The notes beneath the pieces are model-generated. The model did no database searches. It had not been told where the DNA came from and was given only the letters and a program-made list of their open reading frames with translations. A program made the translations under genes and the position numbers. From Synechococcales cyanobacterium VAR_4_metabat_354 (GTDB taxonomy: Bacteria; Cyanobacteriota; Cyanobacteriia; Cyanobacteriales; Chamaesiphonaceae), in the NCBI GenBank assembly GCA_031414775.1, contig JANOQI010000064.1, positions 1 to 35,752 on the forward strand: a DNA stretch of 35,752 bases. The letters are read 5' to 3'. Shown here in pieces: positions 17,743 to 26,695 of this stretch. The stretch's first letter is position 1; each line of letters opens with the position of its first letter.

Positions 17743-18723
17743 ATGCCAACCATCGCACAACTTATCCAGCCACAATGGCAAGGACAACTGACCGACTACA
17801 TCACTGCGGTAGCCTGGTCACCAGCGGCGCATCAATTTGCCGCTAGCGCAGCTAGTGGCGAAGTAGTTAGTGGAAATGGTCAGGAATTAATTTATTTACA
17901 AACAGCACATAACTATTCGATCGATTGCTTAGGTTACTCCGCTGATGGTCAGTGGCTGGCAGCTGGCGGTCAACAAGGCAAATTATACGTCTGGGCTGGG
18001 CAACAGTTAGTTACGACCTTAGACTACCCCCGCACTTGGATCGATCGACTGGCTTGGCATCCGACCGAACCCCTGTTAGCCTTCAGCACTGGTAAGCAAG
18101 TGCAACTATGGGATGCAGTGCGTCAAAAAATTGTCAATACCTTAGACTTTAATCGATCGACAGTGGCCGATCTAGCTTGGCAACCGCAGGGCGATTATTT
18201 GGCAGTGGCCGGTTACCAAGGCGTAGAGGTCTGGCCATGGGGACAGGGCGATGAATCCGAGTTATTAGCCGTGGATACCGGAGTGCACGCCTTGGCTTGG
18301 TCGCAAACCGGTGAATATCTGGCTGGCGCTACTCTCGATCGACAGTTGGTCGTGGCGCGGGTGACAGAGTTAGAAATGCCTTGGGTGATGCGTGGATTCT
18401 CGACGAAGATTCAGCAACTAGCTTGGGCGGCGACCGATCTAGCCGTCATTAGTGCCGAGCAGTTGGTGTGGTGGCACTATAGTGATGAAGATTGGCAAGC
18501 GCTGCCCCCTAACAATGGAAGCATCATCTTGTTAGCGATTCATTCCCAGCGCCCCTTGGCGGTGTCTGTCAGTGCCACCGGTGTGCTCAATGTGACTAAT
18601 TTGGATTCTATGGACGGTGAACAACTAAACTGGCAGGACTGCACGGCCTTAGCTTGGCAATTGTCCGAGCCATATCTAGTTTGTGGCAGTGCCCAAGGAC
18701 ACCTGATGATTTGTAAATGTTAG
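17743..18723 (+). CDS. WD40-repeat protein
   Basis: Repeated (L/V)AWS/HP..G..LA..G blades. Confidence 0.85.
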   Translation: MPTIAQLIQPQWQGQLTDYITAVAWSPAAHQFAASAASGEVVSGNGQELIYLQTAHNYSIDCLGYSADGQWLAAGGQQGKLYVWAGQQLVTTLDYPRTWIDRLAWHPTEPLLAFSTGKQVQLWDAVRQKIVNTLDFNRSTVADLAWQPQGDYLAVAGYQGVEVWPWGQGDESELLAVDTGVHALAWSQTGEYLAGATLDRQLVVARVTELEMPWVMRGFSTKIQQLAWAATDLAVISAEQLVWWHYSDEDWQALPPNNGSIILLAIHSQRPLAVSVSATGVLNVTNLDSMDGEQLNWQDCTALAWQLSEPYLVCGSAQGHLMICKC

Positions 18724-18776
18724 ACTATCCTCTACGCCCACAATTTCGGTGTGGCTTAGAGTGTGAGGTCTCGATC

Positions 18777-19403
18777 ATGTTTAAAAAGTCCATTTCATTA
18801 GTACTAGTAACAATATCTTTAGGTTTTTTAGCTAGCTGTGGCAGCAAAGTTGAAGATAAGCCGGTAAAAGGTGGTGCCATCACGGCTGGAAGTAAAGCCG
18901 CTGCGGGTGCCATACCAGCCGGTACCACCATTAATACTGATTTACAGCAAGAAATTTCTACCAGCAAAAATCGTAATAACGAGAAATTCACGATCAAAAT
19001 AAAGAACGGTTCTGTCAGTAAATATCCAGCCTTGAAAGATGCTGTTATTGAAGGCCATTTAGAAGATGTCACCAAAGCTGCTAAGGGCAAAAAAGCTAAG
19101 TTGAATCTCTCCTTTGATGGTGTCAAGCTCAAAAATGGCGAGCTGTTACCGATCGAAGCTACTTTAGTTAACACCCAAGTCGAAACCAAGACTAAAGGCC
19201 AGTTTTTGAAAAATGCTGGAATTATTTTGGGTGGTACGGTAGCTGGTAACTTCTTGGGAGATAAAACCAAGTTTAAACATGGCAAGATGGCTGGTGCCGC
19301 CGCCGCCACCGCATTTGTCTTGTCCAGTCCTGGTGGTGAAGTCGTATTAAAAAAAGGCACCGACCTTCAGCTCAAACTGAAATCTAATCTAGACCCCAAC
19401 TAG
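18777..19403 (+). CDS. Hypothetical lipoprotein with glycine-zipper-like segment
   Basis: Lipobox LASC after MFKKSISL..., IPAGT, GIILGGTVAG...AGAAAA, GEVVLKKGT. Confidence 0.75.
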   Translation: MFKKSISLVLVTISLGFLASCGSKVEDKPVKGGAITAGSKAAAGAIPAGTTINTDLQQEISTSKNRNNEKFTIKIKNGSVSKYPALKDAVIEGHLEDVTKAAKGKKAKLNLSFDGVKLKNGELLPIEATLVNTQVETKTKGQFLKNAGIILGGTVAGNFLGDKTKFKHGKMAGAAAATAFVLSSPGGEVVLKKGTDLQLKLKSNLDPN

Positions 19404-19440
19404 TCTAATCTAGCGATTAGAGCGTAGATGAGTGCGGTAC

Positions 19441-20133
19441 CTACTCATCTGCGTTATTAGTCTCTGCCCCTAGCCGCAACTCATAGCTAATTTTTCCTTG
19501 AGCTTTAATAATTTTGCCAGTTGCGAACAAAATCTCCAGTAGTTGTTCGATATCTAGCTCACTGGGTTGGTATTTGACCAATAGTGATTTTAGATATTTG
19601 TACAAAGCTGATTTAGTTTTTGGCCTACTTTTGGGATCGATCGATAATATCTTGGGCAAAGCAATCTCCGCCAAAAAATCTGGAGAATAGGTTAGATCGG
19701 CAGACTGAGACAACCGTTCTAAGTTCTCGATCCGTTTGCAGGAAATTCCCAGTTGACCCAAATGTTGAATCAGCGGATCAAAGCCGCGATCGCGAGATAA
19801 AATCACAAAATTGGTAGCTGGGGCTTGCAGACTGAGCTGACCAAGATAAAAAACAATGTGAAAGTCCAGGGTATTAGGTCCAATGCCTTCCACCCCAATC
19901 CATTCCACCGTGGCACCCAACTGGTGCGCTTCCCGCACCAGCTCGAAGGGAATCTTGGTCTGGGCGCATCCCACAAAAATAAAGATTTTTAGGTTGGGAC
20001 GCTGGATGCGGGATAGCCGGATGTGGGTAATATTTTCATAATCAATGAACAGGATCGTGTTCGGAGTGGTCTCGTCGCACAGGATTAAGTCGGTTTTACT
20101 GGGTGAAGGGGTCGTAATTGGTTGATTGATCAT
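19441..20133 (-). CDS. PIN/NYN-like domain protein
   Basis: FIDYEN, N.LDFHIVFYLG, ILSRDRGFDPL acidic motifs. Confidence 0.8.
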   Translation of the reverse strand: MINQPITTPSPSKTDLILCDETTPNTILFIDYENITHIRLSRIQRPNLKIFIFVGCAQTKIPFELVREAHQLGATVEWIGVEGIGPNTLDFHIVFYLGQLSLQAPATNFVILSRDRGFDPLIQHLGQLGISCKRIENLERLSQSADLTYSPDFLAEIALPKILSIDPKSRPKTKSALYKYLKSLLVKYQPSELDIEQLLEILFATGKIIKAQGKISYELRLGAETNNADE

Positions 20134-20206
20134 CTGGAGGGGGCAAAATCAGGATTCAGATTGCTCTTACTGCTAAGATACATCAGTTATTTAGGGATCG
20201 ATCGCA

Positions 20207-21337
20207 GTGGGCAATTTCACATTTCAGTGTCAGGGAAAATGTAGCCATACCCGAGCGCGGGCCGGTACCTTTACCACACCGCACGGAGTAGTGGAAACGC
20301 CCAGGTTTATGCCTGTCGGCACCCAAGCCACCGTCAAGACCCTCACTTCTGAGCATTTAGTACAAGCTCAAGCCCAAATGGTCTTGTCTAATACCTATCA
20401 CCTGCACCTACGACCAGGTGAAGATATTATTGCCGAAGCCGGTGGTCTGCACAAATTCATGAATTGGCATGGCCCCATGCTGACCGATTCTGGCGGTTTT
20501 CAGGTGTTTAGCCTCAGTAAAACCCGCAAACTGACCGAGGAAGGGGTTACTTTTAAGTCCCCATTGGATGGACGACTAATTTTCATTTCGCCGGAAAAGT
20601 CCATCCAGATCCAAAATGCCTTAGGTGCTGATGTAATTATGGCTTTTGATGAATGTCCGCCCTATCCGGCTACCAAAGAAGAAGTAATCGCTGCCACCGA
20701 TCGCACTCAACGCTGGTTGGCTCGCTGCATTGCAGCCCACGAACGCCCTCACGATCAAGCACTGTTTCCGATCGTCCAGGGGGGCGTGCATTTAGACCTG
20801 CGAGCTGCTGCTGCCAAAGCCTTGGGCGAATTTGACATGCCCGGTTATGCAATCGGTGGGGTGAGCGTTGGTGAACCGGCTCATTTTATTCACGATATTG
20901 TGCGGGCGACAGCGCCATTGTTGCCGATCGATAAACCCCGCTACTTGATGGGAGTGGGTACCTACAAAGAAATGGCGATCGCGATTGCCTCCGGTATCGA
21001 TCTATTTGACTGTGTCATCCCCACGCGAGTAGCGCGACACGGCGCGGCCTTTGTGCGCGGAGAGCGCTGGAACATCAAAAACGCTGGATTCAAACGAGAC
21101 TTTACGCCCTTGGATGACGAATGTCCTTGCTACACTTGCCAAAACTTTAGTCGGGCTTATTTGTGTCATTTGATTCGTTGCAACGAAGTCACTGGTTTTA
21201 CACTGCTGGCGCTCCACAATGTGACGGAGCTGATCCGATTTACTACCAGAATTCGAGAGGCTATTTTGGCAGACAGATTTGTAGACGAGTTTGGCGAATG
21301 GTTAGCTGAAGTAGATACCAGCTTGCCCGGAGTTTAG
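20207..21337 (+). CDS. tgt: Queuine tRNA-ribosyltransferase
   Basis: [43 protein letters not shown] zinc site. Confidence 0.98.
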   Translation: MGNFTFQCQGKCSHTRARAGTFTTPHGVVETPRFMPVGTQATVKTLTSEHLVQAQAQMVLSNTYHLHLRPGEDIIAEAGGLHKFMNWHGPMLTDSGGFQVFSLSKTRKLTEEGVTFKSPLDGRLIFISPEKSIQIQNALGADVIMAFDECPPYPATKEEVIAATDRTQRWLARCIAAHERPHDQALFPIVQGGVHLDLRAAAAKALGEFDMPGYAIGGVSVGEPAHFIHDIVRATAPLLPIDKPRYLMGVGTYKEMAIAIASGIDLFDCVIPTRVARHGAAFVRGERWNIKNAGFKRDFTPLDDECPCYTCQNFSRAYLCHLIRCNEVTGFTLLALHNVTELIRFTTRIREAILADRFVDEFGEWLAEVDTSLPGV

Positions 21338-21378
21338 CGCAGTATTGATTCCGTGATGAAGGCAGGATACATCTTCTC

Positions 21379-22053
21379 CTATTCACGCAAGAGGTCTGTT
21401 ACCAATATTTTGTCATGGATGGAAGTAACGCTGAGGATCAGACAGCCCAGACTAGTCGCAGGTTGGTGACTAGTATCAGCAGCTGCCACAAATCGCTCGC
21501 CAACTTCATACACCGTCCCATCATCATCAATAAAGTTACCTTCTAGGACTAAGATCGATTCACCAGTAGCATGATAGTGATTCGGCAAGATTCCAGCTGT
21601 CGGCACCCGCAGAAAAAAGGCTACTTGGGCACGTACTTCATCCACTTGCCAAATAGCCATTTCCGATCCGCTGGGCATCGGGAATGTTTCCCAGTTAGGC
21701 AAGTCGATCGCTACCTGTTGGAGATCGGCAATCGGCCAATCGAGCAAATCTAATAAATTTGGGGGCAAATCTGCTGGCTTAATATCAACTCGATTTGATC
21801 GATCGATTGATTGCTCACCAGTAATAATAGACAGTCGATCGAACAACTTTTTCTTTAAATCTACTGGTAAAGACACAGCCGGTACACCATAGGCCAAGTC
21901 CTGTACCGCAGTCTGGAAAGTTGCTAACTCAGATTGCAAAGTAGCCGATGTTGCTAGCTCACGCTCAAATTCCGCCTGCTCTTCCAAAATATCGAGAGCG
22001 TAGGCAGCAACCCCTGCTTGAGGTGAGTCTGGCAGTGAAAATGGATTAGTCAC
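21379..22053 (-). CDS. Anti-sigma factor with C-terminal ChrR-like cupin
   Basis: AAYALDIL...EFERE anti-sigma domain; cupin HYH..GE..VLEG...SHQP...GC; directly downstream of the ECF sigma. Confidence 0.85.
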   Translation of the reverse strand: MTNPFSLPDSPQAGVAAYALDILEEQAEFERELATSATLQSELATFQTAVQDLAYGVPAVSLPVDLKKKLFDRLSIITGEQSIDRSNRVDIKPADLPPNLLDLLDWPIADLQQVAIDLPNWETFPMPSGSEMAIWQVDEVRAQVAFFLRVPTAGILPNHYHATGESILVLEGNFIDDDGTVYEVGERFVAAADTSHQPATSLGCLILSVTSIHDKILVTDLLRE

Positions 22054-22087
22054 AAAGTGCTCCTGTCATAGGTTCTACTCATAATCT

Positions 22088-22711
22088 CTATAAAGAATCA
22101 ATTAGCTGGGAAACCGATCGCAATTTTTCTAACCCCAAACGAATCCGGGTTTTGACTGTCCCTAAAGCCAGTCCCGTCTGCTCAGCAATTTCCCGTTGGC
22201 TCCAGCCTTGAAAATAGGCCATTTCTAATACTTGGCGCTGTTCGATCGGCAGACTGGCCAGAGCGGCAATCACCTGGTTACGGCGCTCCGCGATCTCTAA
22301 ATTACAGCTAGCATCAGCGGTAGTCGTGGTGGTTTCAAAAACCACGATCGCCTCTGTTGCTTTGACTCGTCTTTGCTTAGAACGCAGTCGATCGAGCACC
22401 CGACTGCGGGTCATCATGAAAATCCAACTATCCACCCTGGCTTTTTCGCAGTTATAAGATGCCGCCGTCATCCACACCTTCGCAAACACATCCATTACCA
22501 CCTCTTCGCTCTCTTCTACTGAACCTAAGCTGCGATAGGCCACAGAATATACCACCCGCGCATATCGATCATAGAGTGCTGACAGGGCAGCATGATCTTG
22601 CTGGATAATTTGCTGAATGAGCGAAAAATCCCGTTGTTGCAAACCTCCTGCGAGCGGCACTGCGACCGGAGCAGAAAGAGAATCATCACTGGGCATAGAA
22701 AGAACTTGCAC
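22088..22711 (-). CDS. ECF RNA polymerase sigma-70 factor
   Basis: LYDRY, EEVVMDVF..VW, SWI...RSR.LDRLR, region 4 SQREIAEQTGLALGTVKTRIRLGL; start may be 22696. Confidence 0.95.
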   Translation of the reverse strand: MQVLSMPSDDSLSAPVAVPLAGGLQQRDFSLIQQIIQQDHAALSALYDRYARVVYSVAYRSLGSVEESEEVVMDVFAKVWMTAASYNCEKARVDSWIFMMTRSRVLDRLRSKQRRVKATEAIVVFETTTTTADASCNLEIAERRNQVIAALASLPIEQRQVLEMAYFQGWSQREIAEQTGLALGTVKTRIRLGLEKLRSVSQLIDSL

Positions 22712-22771
22712 TACTGCCTAATTGTATCAGTATGACTGGAACTCTCTGGGAGGGGGTCACTCCCATATTTA

Positions 22772-22798
22772 TATACGCCAGCAGATTTAATTTGGATC
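22772..22798 (-). promoter_or_regulatory. Putative ECF promoter (autoregulatory)
   Basis: GATCCA-N15-CGTATA on the minus strand. Confidence 0.7.
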
Positions 22799-22846
22799 TG
22801 TCGATCGACTGGAATGCTGGCAAAGTCGATCGACAGATCCAAATTA
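22788..22846. repeat. Perfect 23-bp inverted repeat with 13-nt spacer
   Basis: TAATTTGGATCTGTCGATCGACT (22788-22810) / AGTCGATCGACAGATCCAAATTA (22824-22846). Confidence 0.95.
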
Positions 22847-22914
22847 CCGACACTTGGCAAGACACTCAATATTTGCTGCTTATTTTTCTGATGGAAAGAT
22901 CATTTAAAAAAAGA

Positions 22915-22941
22915 GATCCATTTAAAAATCAGCAGCGTATA
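22915..22941 (+). promoter_or_regulatory. Putative ECF promoter of the DUF4331 operon
   Basis: GATCCA-N15-CGTATA on the plus strand. Confidence 0.7.
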
Positions 22942-22974
22942 ACTATGTGAATCAACAAATTTCAGAGGATCAAA

Positions 22975-23223
22975 ATGACAATAGTCAATAGCACTCCTGA
23001 CGACGAAACTGTTTCTGGCAGTTCTGTTGTAAATACTCTTCCACGTAGCTGGGAGAAATTTATAACGAAGATTGCTGGCATTGGCATACTCACAATTCTG
23101 CACCCCATCAATGACTACGATCAGTTTAATGACACCGATTTTTTCTTGGAAGATGAAGATGAAATTGTCTGGGATTTCGAAACCAAAACTAACTTTGATT
23201 TCGGCTGGAGCTGTCGATGCTGA
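22975..23223 (+). CDS. Small acidic hypothetical protein ending in WSCRC
   Basis: AGAGGA RBS just upstream; first ORF after the putative ECF promoter. Confidence 0.55.
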   Translation: MTIVNSTPDDETVSGSSVVNTLPRSWEKFITKIAGIGILTILHPINDYDQFNDTDFFLEDEDEIVWDFETKTNFDFGWSCRC

Positions 23224-23345
23224 TGCCACGAGTCTGGAGTCAAAGCCCTTCTAGCTACAAGTTCACAAGTCGATCAACCTATCTCCAATCTTGCTCTCTA
23301 GATAACAGATTTATCCACTTCATAATTTAGCAATCAGGATTCAAC

Positions 23346-24569
23346 ATGTTAGTCTCAATGTTCAAATTTAGCCAATCTAATTGGCGAAAATCTCTAATTC
23401 TCGCTGGCATCTCCATCGCCGCTCTTTTGGTGGCCACTAGTTTCCCCAAAAATCTAATGGCTTCAGACCATGATGATGGCGAAGTTGATACTAAAGGTCG
23501 CAATTTGAATTTGACCGATCTATATGCCTTTCGCGAACAAGATCAAAATTCAGCAGCGGCGGCAGACGATTTAGTACTAGTCATGAATACTAACCCTCGA
23601 TCGGTAGCTCGTCAGCAATACTTTTTTAGTACTAATGCCCGCTACGAATTCAAACTAAGTCAGGTAGCTGATAAAGATGCGACACCCACCGGCAAAGAGG
23701 ATGTCACACTACGTTTTGAATTTAGTCCTCCGAGCGATCGACAACAGCAGCAAATTAAATTCACCGTTATTAAAGATGGTCGAGAAAGTGCTGCTAACAA
23801 TCTGCGCACCACCCCACTCAATGCCGAAAAACCCGTTGTTAATGAATTGGCCGCCAATGGTTCCAAGATTTCTGTTTTTGCTGGCTTAAGAGAAGATCCT
23901 TTTTTCTTTGATGTCGAACAATTTTTCCGGGTCCGAGCTGGGGCATTAGGCACCGGTCCCGCAGTAGGATTTCGGCCACCCAATCAAGCTTTAGATTTTG
24001 CGAAAGGCTATAACGTTAATGCGATCGCCATTCGCATTCCACGGCAACTTATTCAAGGCGAAAAGGGTGCCAAAATCTTTGATATCTGGGAGACAATTTC
24101 ACTCAAAGATCCAGTGACTGGCAAATACCAGCAAGTAGAGCGCCTCGCTCGCCCTGGTATTAATGAAGGCTTAATTACCAGTAATAGTTTGCTTAATACT
24201 TTTAATAGTGTCCCACCAACTGCCGATCTCAGTCCAGCGGCAGCTCCCATTGGAGCCGAGGCCACCCGCACACTGCGCGCTTTAGGCAATAGTCCAGAAC
24301 GGGCTAAGGCACTATTGACGGCCTTTTTACCAGATGTGATGCGGATTGATACTACTGGCCCGAGTGGTTTTGCTAATGCTCTCAATGCTAAAGGTAGTCC
24401 TATTCGGGGACGGCTATTTAAAGACGATACGGTGGATACGGTGCTGAGTGTCCTCACCAATGGTGCGGTAACTAGCGATAACGTCTCCTACGAGGGATCG
24501 TCAGGGAATCCGGCTCAGGGGCATAAGCCCCTGGAAAAGAACTTCCCCTATTTAGCCTTGCCCAATTAA
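23346..24569 (+). CDS. DUF4331 family secreted protein
   Basis: Signal peptide then ASDH; TDLYAF, VFAGLREDPFFFD, QVERLARP.INE, LPDVMRID, GR...DD.VD, FPYLALP. Confidence 0.9.
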   Translation: MLVSMFKFSQSNWRKSLILAGISIAALLVATSFPKNLMASDHDDGEVDTKGRNLNLTDLYAFREQDQNSAAAADDLVLVMNTNPRSVARQQYFFSTNARYEFKLSQVADKDATPTGKEDVTLRFEFSPPSDRQQQQIKFTVIKDGRESAANNLRTTPLNAEKPVVNELAANGSKISVFAGLREDPFFFDVEQFFRVRAGALGTGPAVGFRPPNQALDFAKGYNVNAIAIRIPRQLIQGEKGAKIFDIWETISLKDPVTGKYQQVERLARPGINEGLITSNSLLNTFNSVPPTADLSPAAAPIGAEATRTLRALGNSPERAKALLTAFLPDVMRIDTTGPSGFANALNAKGSPIRGRLFKDDTVDTVLSVLTNGAVTSDNVSYEGSSGNPAQGHKPLEKNFPYLALPN

Positions 24570-24713
24570 ATGGCATCAAAGCCAAGATAACTAAAAAATC
24601 ACAACTATTTACTATTTGATGTAGTTGTTTACGGGGATACGAGAAAATCGCTAGAGGTGAGAATTCACTTACCTCTAGCAAAATATCATTGAGGCAAATA
24701 TATTGCAACTGCT

Positions 24714-25262
24714 GTGAAATACTCTCTACTCTTCTGTTGGGGCATAAGCCTGACATTCATAACTTTTCCTAGCTATGCCCAATTTTCCACATTTCCGGTC
24801 AGCTCTGAAAGCTGTTCTAATATTTGCCTAAAACTCGATGTGGGTTCTGCGAATAATATCGATTCTTTGGGCTTTAACAATAGCAACAGTAGTAGTGGCA
24901 ATAATAATAATCTGCGCTGGCAAGCCAGTGTTACTTGGCGACTAAATGCCCCAGAAGTTGTCCAAGCAGAAGCCGAAAGAATTAAGCAGCGACTAGAAGA
25001 CAACAAAACTCTGATCACGACTTTGGCCGAGGCCATTGCTCAAAACAAACCAGAATTAGCGCGGGGGATTGCCATCATATTAGCCCCGCGCCTAAATTAC
25101 CAAGATCCGAAAGTGCTGATCGCCGAGCTAAAAGAAGGAACAATCAATTTGGGAACGACTCCGATCGCCATCAAAAAAGCAGCAGTCAATGTTAGTCCGA
25201 GTCTAGTGGGGACGTTAAAATCGCCCAGCCCAGACGAGCCAGGTATTATCCTGCTGCAATAA
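24714..25262 (+). CDS. Hypothetical secreted protein
   Basis: Signal peptide (PSYA|); Asn/Ser tract; coiled-coil segment; in-operon position. Confidence 0.65.
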   Translation: MKYSLLFCWGISLTFITFPSYAQFSTFPVSSESCSNICLKLDVGSANNIDSLGFNNSNSSSGNNNNLRWQASVTWRLNAPEVVQAEAERIKQRLEDNKTLITTLAEAIAQNKPELARGIAIILAPRLNYQDPKVLIAELKEGTINLGTTPIAIKKAAVNVSPSLVGTLKSPSPDEPGIILLQ

Positions 25263-25286
25263 ATTATCAACCACTACTCTAGTGTC

Positions 25287-26663
25287 ATGCAAATTCATTC
25301 CCTCAAACTATCACCTCTACCAAAATCAGTGCTAATCAGTGTCCTCCTCATTGGCCTTTCGATCGCGTTATATGTTGGACTATCGGAACCTTCATCTAAT
25401 TCAGCTTGGAAATATCGCTTTCAACGACCAGTAGTGGGCAGTGTCACCCAAAACATCCAACGAGAAATTGCCTTTCACCAACGATTAATTCAACAACAAC
25501 CAACATCTGGACTAGAACGTGCTGCCCTCGCCCAGACTTACTTAAGAATGGCGCGGGCAACGGGAGAAAGCAGTTGGTATCTGCTAGCTCAACAAATGGC
25601 ACAACAATCACTAGAGCAACTACCAGTTAGTAACTATGAAGCAATTACAGTGTTAGCTAAGGTCGCAGCGGCCAAGCATGATTTTGCCCAGTCTTTATCT
25701 TTGTTAAAACAACTGCCTCCTCAAGCTGAATCCCTCGCTTTATTAACTACTAATTATCTAGCGATGGGTGATGTAACTACCGCCCGTCAGACGGTGGATC
25801 GTTTAGTCCAAAGAATGCCCACTCTGGGAAATTTGGCTCTTAAAGCTTTGGTAGAAGTTGCTCAGGGACAAGACCAAGCCGCTTTGCGAGATTTCCAGGC
25901 AGCAATCGCAGCCGAAGAGCCGGAAGAAGCAGGCAGTTCGGCCTGGGTTCGGACTCTCTTAGGACGGTTTTATTACAAACGCGGCCAACTTCAGCAGGCC
26001 GAAAAACTATATCAATCGGCTCTGCAAATATTACCCAAATATCCGCCAGCTCTATTGAATTTAGCTGAGTTGTCGATACGACAGTGGCAGTCTGAGCCAC
26101 AGCAAGCCCAGTACCAAGAACGCGCATTACAACTATACAATCAATTTTTTCTCACCAATCAGCAGGCTCCTACCGTTTACGATCATGTCGCTTTGCGAGG
26201 TTCGGCCCGATTACAACTATTACAAGGAAATACTAAGCAGGCCAACCAAACTTGGGAACGAGCAATTGCCAGATTAAGATCGGATCTCAGCGGCTTTGGC
26301 CATCGGCGGGAATTAGCCCAATTGCTATTAGAGCGGGGACAGCAGCGAGATGTTACTGAAGCACTGAGTTTGATGCAAGCAGAAATTAAGATTCGCCAAG
26401 ATCCAGAAACCTGGGATACCTTAGCTACGGCTTACTTACAAACTGGACAATTGTCAGCAGCCGAGCAAGCTATTCAGAAAGCATTAAAGTCGGGGATTCG
26501 TGATCCAGGCTTGATCGATCGAGCGGCAACCATCGCTAACGCCCAGGGGAAATTAGCCCAAGCACAGCAATATCAACAACAGATTCAGTCGATCGATCCA
26601 CTGTTCGACCAAGGAGCTAGACAGGCGCTAGGTTTAGGTGTGGGCTTGTCGGGATTGAATTAA
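25287..26663 (+). CDS. Membrane-anchored TPR protein
   Basis: N-terminal TM helix; TPR motifs (LGRFYY..G....AE..YQ.AL...P). Confidence 0.88.
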   Translation: MQIHSLKLSPLPKSVLISVLLIGLSIALYVGLSEPSSNSAWKYRFQRPVVGSVTQNIQREIAFHQRLIQQQPTSGLERAALAQTYLRMARATGESSWYLLAQQMAQQSLEQLPVSNYEAITVLAKVAAAKHDFAQSLSLLKQLPPQAESLALLTTNYLAMGDVTTARQTVDRLVQRMPTLGNLALKALVEVAQGQDQAALRDFQAAIAAEEPEEAGSSAWVRTLLGRFYYKRGQLQQAEKLYQSALQILPKYPPALLNLAELSIRQWQSEPQQAQYQERALQLYNQFFLTNQQAPTVYDHVALRGSARLQLLQGNTKQANQTWERAIARLRSDLSGFGHRRELAQLLLERGQQRDVTEALSLMQAEIKIRQDPETWDTLATAYLQTGQLSAAEQAIQKALKSGIRDPGLIDRAATIANAQGKLAQAQQYQQQIQSIDPLFDQGARQALGLGVGLSGLN

Positions 26664-26695
26664 CGCCGGTATCCAGCTGATAGCTCCTACTAAAT

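Noticed and set aside
18725..19360. 211-aa minus-strand ORF
   Set aside because: Antisense shadow of the lipoprotein gene; the same applies to most short ORFs overlapping nirA, brxD, tgt and DUF4331.
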